Shown here: in pieces, positions 57,226 through 59,318 of the stretch
How positions within the stretch are numbered: position 1 is the stretch's first letter
Layout: every line of letters starts with the position of its first letter
Source: Bosea sp. (in: a-proteobacteria)
Lineage (GTDB): Bacteria; Pseudomonadota; Alphaproteobacteria; Rhizobiales; Beijerinckiaceae
Length of the DNA stretch: 59,318 nt
Reading direction: 5' to 3'
NCBI GenBank assembly: GCA_036525085.1
Contig: DATDBB010000451.1
Coordinates: 1-59,318 of the forward strand
The notes under the pieces: model-generated
What the model was told of the DNA's origin: nothing
Database searches by the model: none
The model's input: the letters and a program-made list of their open reading frames with translations, nothing else
Made by a program: the position numbers and the translations under genes

Positions 57226-57502
57226 ACGGCAATCAGCCTGGATGCATCGTTCCGGCGCCATGAATGCCGCTCGATGCGTTCGATTTCGCGCGCCAGCCAC
57301 ACGCTTCCCAGGCTCGATCGCATCGCAGCATTTCGGCGCCTCATAGTGTGCGCCGCACTCTAGCAAATTCCCGCCGAGAGTGACCTGTCCCTAGGTACAA
57401 TAGACTCGGATGCGTCAGGGCGGGGGCAGAGCCCGGCCTGACCGGATTGGACCCCGGATGATCGTCGGCCGTTGACGCCCTGCGATCGCGCATCGGCCCG
57501 TC

Positions 57503-58540
57503 TCAGAGCGTCTGCGTGACCTTCCTCAGATGAGGTGGCCTGTCGGGATCCAGCCCGCGAGCGGCGGCGAGCGCGGCGAGGCTGCCATAGAAGGCGCGCG
57601 CCTGGACGAGCGGCGCGAGCGCGGCCGGAACGTAGCTTGGCATCGGCAGCACGGTCGCCGCCGCCGCCCCGTCGCCGGCATAGGTGATGTCCGCACCGAG
57701 CCTGGCGAAGGCCGCCGCGACCGAGCGGGTGCTTTCGCTCCCCTCATCCATCGGATCGAGCACCAGCACCGGAAAGCTGGGGCCTGCCAGCGCCATCGGC
57801 CCGTGCAGCACCTCGGCGGCGCTGAAGGCCTCGGCATGGATGCGGCAGGTCTCCTTGAACTTCAGCGCCATCTCCTGGGCGATACCCAATCCGAGCCCGC
57901 GGCCGATGACATAAAGGCTGGAAGCCTTCTGCAATGCCGCGAGCGGGGTCGACCAGTCGCAAGCGCCGGCCTGCGTCAGCAGGCGCGGCGCCCGCTCCAG
58001 CGCCGACAGGAGCGCCGTATCCTCGCTCCAGGCCGAGACGAGATGAAGGAAGGCGATGCAGGTCGCGAGGAAGCTCTTGGTGGCGGCGACGCTCTTCTCC
58101 GGGCCGGCATGGAGCGGCACCAGCACGTCCACGAGTTCGGCCAGCGGGGAGGCCTCGTCGTTGACGAAACCCACCACGAGCGCGCCGCCGCGCCTCGCCG
58201 CTTCCGTCAGCCGCAAAGCATCGGGACTGCGGCCGGATTGCGAGACGGCGATGAACAGGGCGCCCGAGAGATCGAGACGGCCGCCATAGACCGAGGCGAG
58301 GCTCGGCCCGAGCGAGGCGACAGGAAGGCCGAGCGTGCGTTCGATCAGATATTTGCCATAGGTCGCGGCATGGTCGGACGAGCCGCGGGCGCAGGTCGCC
58401 ACGAAAGCAGGCGGCTTGCGGCGCAGGCGTTCGGCGAGAGCCGCCATCGTCTCCGTGTTCGCCGCGAACTGGCCGGCGGCGACATCGGCAGCTTCAGCGG
58501 CCTCGCGGGTGAGGAGCGCTTCAGGCATCGATGCGATCAT
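57503..58540 (-). CDS. SIS-domain protein (glucosamine-6-phosphate deaminase/isomerase type)
   Basis: ARGSSDHA, SQSGRSPD, GPEKSVAATKS, ALKFKE, EVLHGP, LRKVT. Confidence 0.9.
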   Translation of the reverse strand: MIASMPEALLTREAAEAADVAAGQFAANTETMAALAERLRRKPPAFVATCARGSSDHAATYGKYLIERTLGLPVASLGPSLASVYGGRLDLSGALFIAVSQSGRSPDALRLTEAARRGGALVVGFVNDEASPLAELVDVLVPLHAGPEKSVAATKSFLATCIAFLHLVSAWSEDTALLSALERAPRLLTQAGACDWSTPLAALQKASSLYVIGRGLGLGIAQEMALKFKETCRIHAEAFSAAEVLHGPMALAGPSFPVLVLDPMDEGSESTRSVAAAFARLGADITYAGDGAAAATVLPMPSYVPAALAPLVQARAFYGSLAALAAARGLDPDRPPHLRKVTQTL

Positions 58541-59318
58541 GATGCTGGAGCAAGGTCTCGCTGATGGCGACGACCCGCTCTCGCGACAACCTTATGCCGG
58601 CGCCACCCACACCCTGGACCGAAAGCGTTCCGCAGGCGATCCCCTCCGCCAGCGCGCGCGTCGGTGACCGGCCCGCGAGCCAGGCGGCGAGGAAGCCGGC
58701 ATTGAAGGCGTCGCCCGCTCCCGTCGTGTCGAGAACCTGCCCGCCCTGCGGCGCCGGCAGGGCGAGGCCGAGCCGGCCTTGGTAAAGCCGCGCGCCCTGT
58801 TCGCCATCCTTGATGACGACGACAGGGAAATGACGCGCGAGTCTCTCGCCGGCTTGGTCGAGGTCCTCGCAACCGGCAATGGCGCGGGCTTCGGCGGCAT
58901 TGGGCAGGAAGATGTCGGTGCCCATCGCTCGCCGGACGAGGTCGGGGTCGCGGATCCAGGCATCGTCCCAGCTCGGGTCGAGCGAGACGGTGAGGCCGGC
59001 GAGCTTGGCGGAGGAGATAAGATCCGGGATCTCGGCGAGCGTCGCGAATTCGGCGACGTGGAGGTGGCGCACGGCCGGATCGGTGAGGGCTGCGCGCAAG
59101 GTCGCGGGGCGGGCCGTGCCGGCCCTGTGCGAGAGGAAGGCGCGCTCGCCACCCTGCACCATCACCACCGTCGGCTGCGGGCCGGCTTCCGGCGCGCGTT
59201 CGAGCCAGCGCAGATCGACGCCGCTCTCGGCGAGGGCCGGCGCGATGGCATGAGAGAGCGGGTCGAGGCCTATCCGCGAGAGCAGGGCCACCTGTGATCC
59301 CAGCGAGGCCAGATGCGC
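58521..59318 (-). CDS. PfkB family carbohydrate kinase, 5' end beyond the window
   Basis: FLPN..EA, VIKDGEQGA, DTTGAGDAFNAGF; frame open to the window end. Confidence 0.92.
   Translation of the reverse strand, partial: AHLASLGSQVALLSRIGLDPLSHAIAPALAESGVDLRWLERAPEAGPQPTVVMVQGGERAFLSHRAGTARPATLRAALTDPAVRHLHVAEFATLAEIPDLISSAKLAGLTVSLDPSWDDAWIRDPDLVRRAMGTDIFLPNAAEARAIAGCEDLDQAGERLARHFPVVVIKDGEQGARLYQGRLGLALPAPQGGQVLDTTGAGDAFNAGFLAAWLAGRSPTRALAEGIACGTLSVQGVGGAGIRLSRERVVAISETLLQHHDRIDA

Overview
High-GC alphaproteobacterial (Hyphomicrobiales-like, by inference) chromosomal window with four blocks. (1) 0.5-15 kb, a cyclic-nucleotide signalling island: an ABC exporter with a degenerate ATPase fused to a cNMP-binding domain; an operon of class III cyclase-TolB-TPR, a PAP2/haloperoxidase-like enzyme with an N-terminal (Gly-Asn-Thr)n repeat and a signal-less family G1 glutamic peptidase; a DUF1127-like small protein; a Crp regulator with a CRP-like box; a solute-binding protein plus Cache-HAMP cyclase; and a methyltransferase/BTAD-TPR regulator pair. 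(2) 15.4-48 kb, a Wzx/Wzy exopolysaccharide island with AT-rich promoter regions: two Wzc-like proteins lacking the Walker A lysine, an ExoF/Wza-like exporter, an orphan EcfG-like sigma factor, glycosyltransferases, a CDP-sugar pathway and a LuxR regulator. Embedded in it is a type I secretion system whose HlyD adaptor carries its own C39-like domain, a non-RTX passenger, and a probably periplasmic paralog of the passenger's N-terminal domain. (3) 48-52 kb: ArsR plus Cys-tailed flavoprotein, an exported hypothetical and a Sel1 gene split by an in-frame TAG. (4) 52-59 kb: DUF3141-pta-ackA-fabI operon with a FixK-like box, then SIS and PfkB amino-sugar genes. No tRNA, rRNA, CRISPR or transposase was recognised. 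All calls come from reading motifs by eye; no searches were run.
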